A stretch of 64,000 bases of DNA from positions 22,715 to 86,714 of the forward strand of contig CAXXJI010000008.1 of assembly GCA_963666035.2 (NCBI GenBank). The letters are read 5' to 3'. Shown piece by piece: positions 45,195 to 53,146 of the stretch (the first letter of the stretch is position 1; each line of letters begins with the position of its first letter). This DNA is from Christensenellaceae bacterium. Lineage in GTDB: Bacteria > Bacillota > Clostridia > Christensenellales > CALMFG01. Made by a program: the position numbers and the translations under genes. The notes below the pieces were generated by a model. It ran no database searches. It worked only from the letters and a program-made list of their open reading frames with translations, and was not told the DNA's origin.

Positions 45195-46370
45195 ATGTGG
45201 CAATTCTATATCAATGGCATCGAGCAGATCGATAAGGCGATATCTGCGACCGCATCCACACAGCTGGATCGGCAGAACAATACGTTCAGCGTAAACTTAA
45301 AAGATATCCATGAAACCTATCACTTTTTGGAAAGCGTGATCCGTATCGACGGCGAGGACATCGTGTCCGGTATCATCACCGGCCAGCGGTTTAAGGACAA
45401 AGGCAGCAAGCGCGCGGACCTCACGGTGGAGGATCATTACTATATTCTCCAGCGACGGTGCGTGGCCGAGCGGTACACGGACATGACGGTCTCGGATATC
45501 CTGATTCATGCCTTGACCAAGTACGCGCCCGAATTTTCGACTGCGTTTATCGATCCGACGCCCAAGGTGGTGGCAAGTTTCCCTTGCGACTATATCTACC
45601 TGTCCGAGCTTATCACCAAGCTCATCGCCTACCTGCCCGGATGGCATTACTACATCGATGCCGATCGGGCGTTTCACTTGTTTGAAACTTACGAAGCGGA
45701 TGGGGTGCGCTTTGAGCCGGTGGACGGCAAATGGAACTATCTTCGCAACTCGCTGGAAGTGGACTATGAAGCCGAGAACGTGGTTTCCCGGGTGTGGGTG
45801 ATCGGTGCCAAACAGGCGGCCGAACAGCCCATCACTCAGTATTTTACCGGAGACGGACAGAACCGCTATTTCACGCTAGCGTATGAGCCGAACTATGCCG
45901 AGGTGTACTTGGACGATGTACTGAAGAACAGTCTCTTGGATTCCAATGATGACGGCGCGCAGGATTTCCTGATCAGCAAAACGGGCAAAGCGCTGTATAT
46001 CCCGGCCAATATTGAGACGCCGTTCACCGGGGAAATCAAGATCGTGTACCGTCCGACTATGCAGTATATCGACTACTTTGCGCGAAGCGATGCGGACAAC
46101 CCGTATTTGCTGGAAGCAATCATCAAAAACAAAGACGTGGCGAACAAGCTGGAGACGCGGGGCTACGGCAAAGCCGAGATCCAGCGCCGGCGAAGCATTC
46201 AGCGCACGGTACGTTTAAAAACCTATGAGAAGGTCTGGATCGGACAGCGGCACTATGTCAAGGATCCAGATTACGACGTGGACGGCTTTTATTTGGCCAC
46301 GAAAGTCAGCGTGTCCTTCCCGACGGTGGGACGGCCGCTGTTTACCGTGACATTGGAGGAAATCACATGA
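45195..46370 (+). CDS. Tail tip/baseplate protein (distal tail or Gp37-like)
   Basis: First gene after the tape measure gene; 391 aa. Confidence 0.5.
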   Translation: MWQFYINGIEQIDKAISATASTQLDRQNNTFSVNLKDIHETYHFLESVIRIDGEDIVSGIITGQRFKDKGSKRADLTVEDHYYILQRRCVAERYTDMTVSDILIHALTKYAPEFSTAFIDPTPKVVASFPCDYIYLSELITKLIAYLPGWHYYIDADRAFHLFETYEADGVRFEPVDGKWNYLRNSLEVDYEAENVVSRVWVIGAKQAAEQPITQYFTGDGQNRYFTLAYEPNYAEVYLDDVLKNSLLDSNDDGAQDFLISKTGKALYIPANIETPFTGEIKIVYRPTMQYIDYFARSDADNPYLLEAIIKNKDVANKLETRGYGKAEIQRRRSIQRTVRLKTYEKVWIGQRHYVKDPDYDVDGFYLATKVSVSFPTVGRPLFTVTLEEIT

Positions 46371-46594
46371 GCAGTTTAACCGAATTACTGCAGGGGCAGA
46401 ACGATCGCATCACCGCGCTGGAGGATGCCACGCTGGATGAGAACTTGATCTTGCCGAAGATCCAAAAGGTCTATGACGGCATCGAAGTGTCGGCGCGGAT
46501 CCGCGTTAAGCGCGCGAAATATTATTTATGCGGGCAGATCACTTGCGGCCCTGACCAAAACAACTGCATGGAATATGCGGAGGTGGTGTACTGA
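46367..46594 (+). CDS. Small tail-associated protein, unknown
   Basis: 75 aa, translationally coupled on both sides. Confidence 0.45.
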   Translation: MSSLTELLQGQNDRITALEDATLDENLILPKIQKVYDGIEVSARIRVKRAKYYLCGQITCGPDQNNCMEYAEVVY

Positions 46595-46926
46595 TGATAT
46601 CCGATCGACTGTTGACTTTTGTGGCACAAGCATTAAGCGCTGAGATCACGCACCTCGGTGTGGGTGATGGCGCGGCGCCGGATGTGGATGATGCGAGCCT
46701 GCCGGATGAGGTACTGCGCAAAACCGCTAATTCATATCTGGACGGCGTGGAGATCATCAAAGAGATCTATCTCGACGAGACTGAGTTGAACGGAACCACC
46801 ATAAAAAGCGCCGGGGTGTATGGGGGCGACAACACCGTGCTGTATGCCGGCGGTGCCTTTGAAGTCTTAAAGCAGGCGGGCGAGAGCCTGACCATCTCGG
46901 TGGAACTGACAGTGGGGAGAGAGTAA
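46594..46926 (+). CDS. Tail-associated protein, unknown
   Basis: 110 aa, coupled (ATGA overlap). Confidence 0.45.
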   Translation: MISDRLLTFVAQALSAEITHLGVGDGAAPDVDDASLPDEVLRKTANSYLDGVEIIKEIYLDETELNGTTIKSAGVYGGDNTVLYAGGAFEVLKQAGESLTISVELTVGRE

Positions 46927-46928
46927 GT

Positions 46929-48248
46929 ATGGGATACGATAAGCAAACTTGGGTGGATAACGAAACCCACTTAACCGCCGCACGACTGAACCATATGGAA
47001 GGCGGCATCGAGGAAGCCGGACGCTCCGGGAATATCTTAAACATCCCAGCGGGCGATCTTATGTCCGGGGACGCGATCGCCTTTAACGGCAGCGGCTTTA
47101 TCAAGACCGCTCAGGCTAATTACCTGTATGACGGCCGGGACGCCGTCAATCACGGGGTGATGGCCTATACGTCGCCTTCGGCAGATATCGGGTACACCCT
47201 GTTTGTCCAGCCGGATGGAAACCTGGACTTTGGCACCACCCCCGTGCCATGCGCGCTGGTGCTGTCCGCCATCACCATCTTTGTGGACTTCAACCCGCCG
47301 TTTACCAATCCCAAGGTCTACAGCGGCGTGATGCAGGGCTTGCTCGCCATGCCGGGCGTCAGCGGGTACGTCCGCATCAAAGTCCATCTGCCCGAAGACG
47401 CGGACGGGGTCGAAATTCGGGTGAAGGGTTCTGCGTGGACTGAGGGCGATGATATCCATACAGGATACCGGGTTGCGGATATCACGGACGATACCGGCCT
47501 TTACGGGGTCAACCAATGGTATGAAGCGGATATCCATACCGCCTCAGGCGGGACCCTCTCGGACGGCGATCTGGCCTATATCAAATGCTTCCCGTACGCG
47601 GGCACGGTGGCCAATGCCGAAATCGGCGAGAATGAGATCACATCCACCATGGGTATCCTGGAGCTGGAATACCTGCCCGGCAATATCTCGGGCAGTACGG
47701 TCATGGACAGCGCAGGCACTAACGACGGAACCCTGACCAATGTGATATTGGGGTCGGGCACCGGCATGGTTGCGGACAGCTTCGATATGATAGCGGGGGA
47801 TATTGAGTTATCTTCCGATATTGATATGTCCGGCAAAACCATTGTGGCTGGCATCAATGTGACCGGCGGCGCAGACCGCGGGTTTTGGGGATACAAGGGT
47901 TCAAGGCATATCTGGGGTTTATACCGGGGCGGCAATATCTGTATTGGCGGCGATAACAATACCGGATACTTCTCAGCGGCACAGACGGCCGCGGAGTGGT
48001 TCTTCATCGGCGCACATTATCTACCCGGGCACGCGCTGAAAGTTTGGATTGACGATGCTGACCCGGACACCAGCGGGGACTGGTCCGGGGTTTCCACCTT
48101 AAACGCCATTGGGCAGGCGAGTCCGTATTCGATACTAGGCGGGGCCGCGATCAAGATGACGGGCAAGATGGATACGATTCGGATATTTAGCGAGGAATTG
48201 AAGGATATCGATTTTGAGAACCTGCGAAACGGAGGGAGCTGGTGCTGA
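46929..48248 (+). CDS. Tail fibre / receptor-binding protein with a LamG-like C-terminal domain
   Basis: N-terminus KQTWVDNETHLTAARLNHMEGGIEEA is typical of fibre proteins. The C-terminus has a LamG-like pattern (GTNDGTL...IRIFSEEL). Confidence 0.55.
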   Translation: MGYDKQTWVDNETHLTAARLNHMEGGIEEAGRSGNILNIPAGDLMSGDAIAFNGSGFIKTAQANYLYDGRDAVNHGVMAYTSPSADIGYTLFVQPDGNLDFGTTPVPCALVLSAITIFVDFNPPFTNPKVYSGVMQGLLAMPGVSGYVRIKVHLPEDADGVEIRVKGSAWTEGDDIHTGYRVADITDDTGLYGVNQWYEADIHTASGGTLSDGDLAYIKCFPYAGTVANAEIGENEITSTMGILELEYLPGNISGSTVMDSAGTNDGTLTNVILGSGTGMVADSFDMIAGDIELSSDIDMSGKTIVAGINVTGGADRGFWGYKGSRHIWGLYRGGNICIGGDNNTGYFSAAQTAAEWFFIGAHYLPGHALKVWIDDADPDTSGDWSGVSTLNAIGQASPYSILGGAAIKMTGKMDTIRIFSEELKDIDFENLRNGGSWC

Positions 48249-48556
48249 TGATGGCGATTAAGACAAGGGCTGAGAACTGGACGTCTGAGTTTCTACTCGG
48301 GCAAATCGGGGCGATGGTGGTATTGGAAGTGGAGACACTCCCGACCTATACCCATATCGTCATTCATGACGAAACGTTTACCCAGCGGTGCGTGCCGGGT
48401 AAATTTGGTGAGTCACTCACCTATGCCGAATTGAATGAAATCCGAACGCTTTTAGAAGAGCTCGGCGATTACGGACAGGCCGCGGGGAGTGTCAGCGAGC
48501 TGAAGCTTCGAAAAGAAATCACGGATATCCAGCTGGCGCTGGTGGAAGGGAGCTAG
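48242..48556 (+). CDS. XkdW-like small tail-fibre-associated protein
   Basis: 104 aa between the fibre gene and the XkdX-like gene. Confidence 0.4.
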   Translation: MLMMAIKTRAENWTSEFLLGQIGAMVVLEVETLPTYTHIVIHDETFTQRCVPGKFGESLTYAELNEIRTLLEELGDYGQAAGSVSELKLRKEITDIQLALVEGS

Positions 48557-48559
48557 GAC

Positions 48560-48664
48560 ATGGCTAAAATATGGGCGGCACTGATCAGTAAGGGCAGAAA
48601 GACCATCGACGATGTACCCGAAGGGTTACGGTTCGCGGTACAGGCGATACTAAACGAGGAGTAA
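48560..48664 (+). CDS. XkdX/CD1375-like mini-protein (not in the ORF track)
   Basis: MAKIWAALISKGRKTIDDVPEGLRFAVQAILNEE; 34 aa, located before the lysis genes. Confidence 0.45.
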   Translation: MAKIWAALISKGRKTIDDVPEGLRFAVQAILNEE

Positions 48665-48671
48665 AGCACAT

Positions 48672-49337
48672 ATGGAATTAAAGATGCGAAGCCGCGGCAG
48701 GGCGGTGAAGAAACTGCAGGAAGATTTAAAGGCCTTAGGGTACAAGGTGGCGCCGGACGGGATATTCGGCCTAAACACCTTAAGGGCGGTCAGGAACTTT
48801 CAGGAAGACAATGATATGAAGGTGGACGGAGTAGCAGGTCATTTCACGCAGATGGCCATTTTTAATGCCCTCAACAAAGTGGCAAAACCCGAGCCGCCCC
48901 AAAGCGCACACTTTACCATGGGTGACTTTATATCACCGGCCGATGCGGATGCGGTGAACCGCGGGATACCACAAAGTTATTGGCCCAACATTCAAACGGT
49001 CATGGATCGGCTGGAAGTGGTGCGAAAATCGATCGGTGATCAAGATATTATTATCCGGTCCGGATACCGATCCCCCAAGTACAACCGAAGGGTCGGCGGT
49101 GCCGCGGGCAGTCAGCACCTGTATGGTAAAGCGGTGGATATCTATGTGAAAGATCGCATCATCACCTGCAGTGACCTCGCGAATCAGATCTATTTTGATG
49201 ATGGCCTTAAAGTGCTGTTCGGCGGGTACGGTCTCGGCTCGGACACCAATGTGCATTTGGATATCCGAGAGAGAAAAGACCCGTCAAAGCCGATCATCTG
49301 GTGGTACGGCAAGAAAAGCTGGAAGGAATGGAGATAG
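48672..49337 (+). CDS. Endolysin: PG_binding_1 + peptidase M15 (D-Ala-D-Ala/L-Ala-D-Glu peptidase)
   Basis: N-terminal LQEDLKALGYKVAPDGIFG..T..AV..FQ and SGYRSPKYNRRVGGAAGSQHLYGKAVDI. Confidence 0.8.
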   Translation: MELKMRSRGRAVKKLQEDLKALGYKVAPDGIFGLNTLRAVRNFQEDNDMKVDGVAGHFTQMAIFNALNKVAKPEPPQSAHFTMGDFISPADADAVNRGIPQSYWPNIQTVMDRLEVVRKSIGDQDIIIRSGYRSPKYNRRVGGAAGSQHLYGKAVDIYVKDRIITCSDLANQIYFDDGLKVLFGGYGLGSDTNVHLDIRERKDPSKPIIWWYGKKSWKEWR

Positions 49338-49339
49338 CT

Positions 49340-49558
49340 ATGGACACGATGACAAATGCGGCATTCAGTCAAATCGGCACATATATCGTTATCTTCATGG
49401 GTGTGATACTGGTTTTCTTTTTCAACTGGGTGGTGAACCGCATCAAGCTGTTAGTGCTCTGCATGATGGCGGTGATGGACGGCTTAAAGGAACTTGGGGT
49501 CAACGGCGAAGTGAAAAAGCGCTTTGATGCGCTGAGAGAGCAGATTGTAAAGGACTAG
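49340..49558 (+). CDS. Putative holin (one TM plus amphipathic tail)
   Basis: FSQIGTYIVIFMGVILVFFFNWVV, located between the two lysins. Confidence 0.5.
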   Translation: MDTMTNAAFSQIGTYIVIFMGVILVFFFNWVVNRIKLLVLCMMAVMDGLKELGVNGEVKKRFDALREQIVKD

Positions 49559-49563
49559 GATAT

Positions 49564-50436
49564 ATGACAGCACAAGAATGGGTCAAGGTCTATGAAAAGC
49601 AGGGCAGGGAAGCGGCGTTTGATATCTTGGCGGGCATCGCCAAGCCGTATGAGGGCTACGGGGTACGCATCAGTTTGATGATCGCGCAATTCCTGCAGGA
49701 AAGCTACAAGGGCGGCGGCCGGTGGTCGGGGCTTTTTTTAAACCAAAACAATATGCATGGCATCAAGAGCGACAAAGGGGCTTTACTGCCGACGCAGGAG
49801 GAAGTGGGCGGCGAGCTGTTTGATATGAACAGCACCTTTGCGGTTTACACCAGCATCGATGACGCGATTCTCGCCTATATCAAGCTGATGTGCGGCTCAC
49901 GGTACTTCGAAGTCCGGGCGGCTGCTACGTGGCCGGGCGCGGTCAAGCAGCTGGGCTTATCGCCTTATGCGACAGCGTCCGATTATGGCGCGGCAGTGCG
50001 GTACTGGATGGAGAAGTACGAGCTGTACCGATACGACACCTACGAGTTCTATGACCGCCGTGATGAGGTGTTTAACACCACGCGCTTTCGGGACCGGGGC
50101 GGCCGGGTGTTCCGGGTGCAGATGCTGTTGATGGAAGTGGGGTATGATATCCAGCCGAACAGCATTTATGACCTAACGACCTTCGCCATGGTGAAGGACT
50201 TCCAAGCGAAAACTGGCCTTTTGGTGGATGGGGTCTGCGGTATCAACACGTTTTTGATGCTGCAGGAGTTGATCATCGCGCAGAGCACGGGAAACACGGT
50301 TCTGCAGGATGATCCGATTGAGGAAGTGCAGATCGACAAACCAGAGATGGATGCGCTATTACGCATGCTGAAGATAGAAAAAAAGAGACAAGTGATCATT
50401 GGCGAATCGGCCAAAGAAAGTGAGGTAATGAAATGA
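49564..50436 (+). CDS. Second endolysin: N-acetylglucosaminidase (GH73) + PG_binding_1
   Basis: MIAQFLQESYKGG...NNMHGIK. C-terminal VQMLLMEVGYDI...VKDFQAKTGLLVDGVCG. Confidence 0.8.
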   Translation: MTAQEWVKVYEKQGREAAFDILAGIAKPYEGYGVRISLMIAQFLQESYKGGGRWSGLFLNQNNMHGIKSDKGALLPTQEEVGGELFDMNSTFAVYTSIDDAILAYIKLMCGSRYFEVRAAATWPGAVKQLGLSPYATASDYGAAVRYWMEKYELYRYDTYEFYDRRDEVFNTTRFRDRGGRVFRVQMLLMEVGYDIQPNSIYDLTTFAMVKDFQAKTGLLVDGVCGINTFLMLQELIIAQSTGNTVLQDDPIEEVQIDKPEMDALLRMLKIEKKRQVIIGESAKESEVMK

Positions 50437-50621
50437 CGCAAGAAAAATGGAGAAGCCCGGTGGTCTGGGTGACGCTGGCCACGGCGGTGGTGGGTTTTTT
50501 GGTCAACACCTTGGAGCTGAATATCAACTCCGAGTTGGTGCTGGCCATGGTGAACGCCGGGGTGACTTTGCTGGTTGGGTTCGGGATTTTGAACAATCCG
50601 ACCAACAAGACGGGGTTTTAA
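50433..50621 (+). CDS. Holin, phi-LC3-like (two TM)
   Basis: 62 aa with two TM segments and a C-terminal NNPTNKTGF resembling the DPTTKG tail of the LC3 family. Confidence 0.6.
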   Translation: MTQEKWRSPVVWVTLATAVVGFLVNTLELNINSELVLAMVNAGVTLLVGFGILNNPTNKTGF

Positions 50622-50651
50622 AATTTAAGGCGAACAGAATATCAACAATGG

Positions 50652-50679
50652 GGCTCTCGCATTTGCGAGGGCTTTTTTT
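50652..50679 (+). terminator. Terminator of the late operon
   Basis: GGGCTCTCGCatttGCGAGGGCT plus TTTTTT. Confidence 0.7.
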
Positions 50680-50714
50680 AGTGCTAAAATATATTTCCAA
50701 GGAGGCGAAAGGTT

Positions 50715-50957
50715 ATGAAACTGGTATACAAAGAGTTGAGCATCTATGAGGTGCTGTGGTTATTTGAAATGGGTGAGCCGATCACATTAAGTGAGCTGAT
50801 CGCTAAAGGCGCAAAAGAAATGAGGGTGATAGACGCCAAGTGCAAGGGCTGGATTGAGCGGTGCGGAAATGGAGAAGGGATGCATGAGTCGTTTCTGTTG
50901 ACTAGGATTGGGTATCGGGCAAGGGGGATATATGGAGGTGTGTATAGAAATGCGTGA
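50715..50957 (+). CDS. 80-aa conserved phage-end protein, unknown (paralog fragment at 1..67)
   Basis: GGAGG RBS; 3' end conserved with the window start. Confidence 0.6.
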   Translation: MKLVYKELSIYEVLWLFEMGEPITLSELIAKGAKEMRVIDAKCKGWIERCGNGEGMHESFLLTRIGYRARGIYGGVYRNA

Positions 50958-51354
50958 ATGGATCGGCAAACAAATGAAAAAGCTTCCTTAAATACGTGCA
51001 ATGTTACATGCATTATTCTTTTAGAAGATAATAGTTGAAAGAAGAATAGATGACTGATACAATTAACAAATACAAATTAAAGTATTTATTACCAATATAG
51101 CTAAAGCGTGTAAACATCTGCTGGTGAGGCTTGTGCAATTCTAATAGTTGTACCAATAAAAAAATTAAATGTTTAAAATTCATTAAGGGTTTTCGAAAGG
51201 GATGTTATCAAATTAACAAAGAAAATTTATATTAATTTTTTGATAATATCAGTAATAGTAAAATGGTAGTGTATAATTGATTACACTGCAAGTACGAATT
51301 TGCTATATCAAGCATAAAATTAATCAAATTTCTTTGAAGGGATTACTAAAGGAA

Positions 51355-51879
51355 ATGAATCAAAATAGGCGTTGGGGTTGGGTGATTTTTTTATTAGCCG
51401 CTGCGATTGTGGTTATAATAACAAGCCATTCTAGAATAAAACTAAGTACAGACATTGCAGAAAGCAGGGCAGAAAGACAAAATGCAGAAGAAACTGCATT
51501 TATGGAGAATATTGATATAAACCAAATGCTTGGTGATTGGTCAGCAAGATATAATGATAGAAATGGAACAGTTCAAAAAACGATACACATACAAAACTGC
51601 ACGTATGAAGGTAATTATATCGTTGGAATTTATGGTTATATTGAAGTTGGATTGGTGGACAATTCAGAAGTATACGGTTCTTATGAATTTGTTGGAACTG
51701 TAAACTATTATGGACATCCTGATATGAAGTATATGCCGATTGAAATCAATGCTACAAAAACCATTCAAGATAGTAATCAAGTAGAAAAAGTATCTCTTGA
51801 GGGTAGTTTTCGAGGAAAAGATATAGAACTTAGGAGATCTACTGAAATTATAGATAGTCAAATCTTTAGACGAGAATAA
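51355..51879 (+). CDS. AT-rich cargo: membrane-anchored protein with a beta-rich ectodomain, unknown
   Basis: TM WGWVIFLLAAAIVVIITS. Start ambiguous (ATG 51355 or TTG 51334). Confidence 0.55.
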   Translation: MNQNRRWGWVIFLLAAAIVVIITSHSRIKLSTDIAESRAERQNAEETAFMENIDINQMLGDWSARYNDRNGTVQKTIHIQNCTYEGNYIVGIYGYIEVGLVDNSEVYGSYEFVGTVNYYGHPDMKYMPIEINATKTIQDSNQVEKVSLEGSFRGKDIELRRSTEIIDSQIFRRE

Positions 51880-51920
51880 TTTAATTTTCTGAAATCCCGA
51901 AGAAAGGGTGGAGATTTATC

Positions 51921-52016
51921 ATGCGTAAGAATAGAAAAAACGAATGGATGATTTTTGCAATATCACTAATTGCAATAAGTGTTATAGTATTGATTTGTAA
52001 GCTATATCCCGTATAG
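51921..52016 (+). CDS. 31-aa TM peptide (not in the ORF track)
   Basis: GGGTGGAG RBS 7 nt before the ATG. Sequence MRKNRKNEWMIFAISLIAISVIVLICKLYPV. Confidence 0.4.
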   Translation: MRKNRKNEWMIFAISLIAISVIVLICKLYPV

Positions 52017-52247
52017 AAATCATATTATATTTATGTAAAAGCAGTATGCATTAGAAAAGCAAAGCAAAGTAGCAGCTATATATATGCTAGTTATATTCTC
52101 AAATGATGCTTTGAATATTATAAACAGACTACTTGAGAGAACATCAAAAACAAAGAATCTTCTCAGATTAAAATCAGGAACCGAAATATCTAGAGAAAAA
52201 TATAACTTCAGTTTTAAAAAGATGTATGAAATGGAGATTGCTGTACT

Positions 52248-52904
52248 ATGGATAATGATGTTCAAAAACTATTTAAATTAGAGAAAGATTATCAAACGTT
52301 AAGAGAATATGAATCTGAAATCTCATCAGTTTATGGTAGGCAAGACTTACCAAAGACTACATTGATGTCATATGTTGTTTTCTTTATGGTCTTAATGTAT
52401 CTAATATTCTTCATATCTGAAAAGATCGCATATTTCCCGCTTGTCAGTGCTTGGACTCTGTCATTAGTACTTATTTGGATCGTGAATTTTAGAGAGAAAT
52501 ACTATTTGTCAGATGAATACAGAATAATTGTTGAAGAATCAAATGCAGAAATTGCGGACCTGAATGTTGTAAAAAATCAATTGAACAAAGAAATAGGTTT
52601 AAACAATGTAATTGGTGGGAAATATAAGAAACGAGAAATCGTAAATGAGTTGTGTTCGTATATAAGGTCGGGTAGAGCTAAGTCGGTGCAAAGAGCAATT
52701 GACGTTTATGAGTATGAACTTAGACTGGAAAGAGAGCGTCAAGAGCAACTAGAGAGGCAAAGAGCTGAGCAAATGAGAGTGCAAAAAATGAATGAAGAAT
52801 TAAAAAGATTGGAAGAGCGCAAAAAATATGAAGAAAAGCAAAAAAGATGGAGAGAAGAGGAAGAAAGAATCCGAGAAGCAGACGAGGATGCTGGATATTT
52901 TTAA
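52248..52904 (+). CDS. AT-rich cargo: two-TM protein with a highly charged coiled-coil tail, unknown
   Basis: TMs LMSYVVFFMVLMYLIFFI and FPLVSAWTLSLVLIWIVNF. C-terminal RLERERQEQLERQRAEQMR... Confidence 0.6.
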   Translation: MDNDVQKLFKLEKDYQTLREYESEISSVYGRQDLPKTTLMSYVVFFMVLMYLIFFISEKIAYFPLVSAWTLSLVLIWIVNFREKYYLSDEYRIIVEESNAEIADLNVVKNQLNKEIGLNNVIGGKYKKREIVNELCSYIRSGRAKSVQRAIDVYEYELRLERERQEQLERQRAEQMRVQKMNEELKRLEERKKYEEKQKRWREEEERIREADEDAGYF

Positions 52905-52995
52905 GCGCAAGAAGAGGATGATTAAAAGGGGTCTTATCCAAAAGGTGATTTGAAGTTTGATGAAGCAAGCATCAATTGACAATTGTGGAGGTTGC

Positions 52996-53019
52996 TTTAA
53001 CACATTTTTAACACACAAG
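52996..53019. repeat. 24-nt motif TTTAACACATTTTTAACACACAAG, copy 2
   Basis: Identical to 1594..1617. Confidence 0.8.
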
Positions 53020-53061
53020 ATTTGATTGACTCCATCCAAATCATCTATACGATTGGATTGT

Positions 53062-53087
53062 CCTTGCATTTGCAGGGGCTTTTTTTA
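53062..53087 (+). terminator. Hairpin terminator upstream of the STAND gene
   Basis: CCTTGCAtttGCAGGGG then CTTTTTTT. Confidence 0.45.
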
Positions 53088-53146
53088 TTGGAATCATCAA
53101 TGTTATATGGTACGATAAACATAATATGGGTTTTCGGGAGAACGCG

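Noticed and set aside
51240-51277. Promoter upstream of 51355..51879 (TTGATA ... TATAAT)
   Set aside because: A perfect TATAAT is present at 51272..51277, but the only good -35 hexamer is 26 nt upstream and the TG lies directly against the hexamer rather than one nt upstream. This is too weak to report as a feature.
52020-52281. ORFs 52020..52265 (-) and 52084..52281 (+) between the 31-aa peptide gene and 52248..52904
   Set aside because: They overlap each other and the next gene, lack convincing RBSs, and lie in very AT-rich DNA where long ORFs are less expected but codon evidence is weak. I left them unannotated. Ribo-seq or proteomics could revive one of them.
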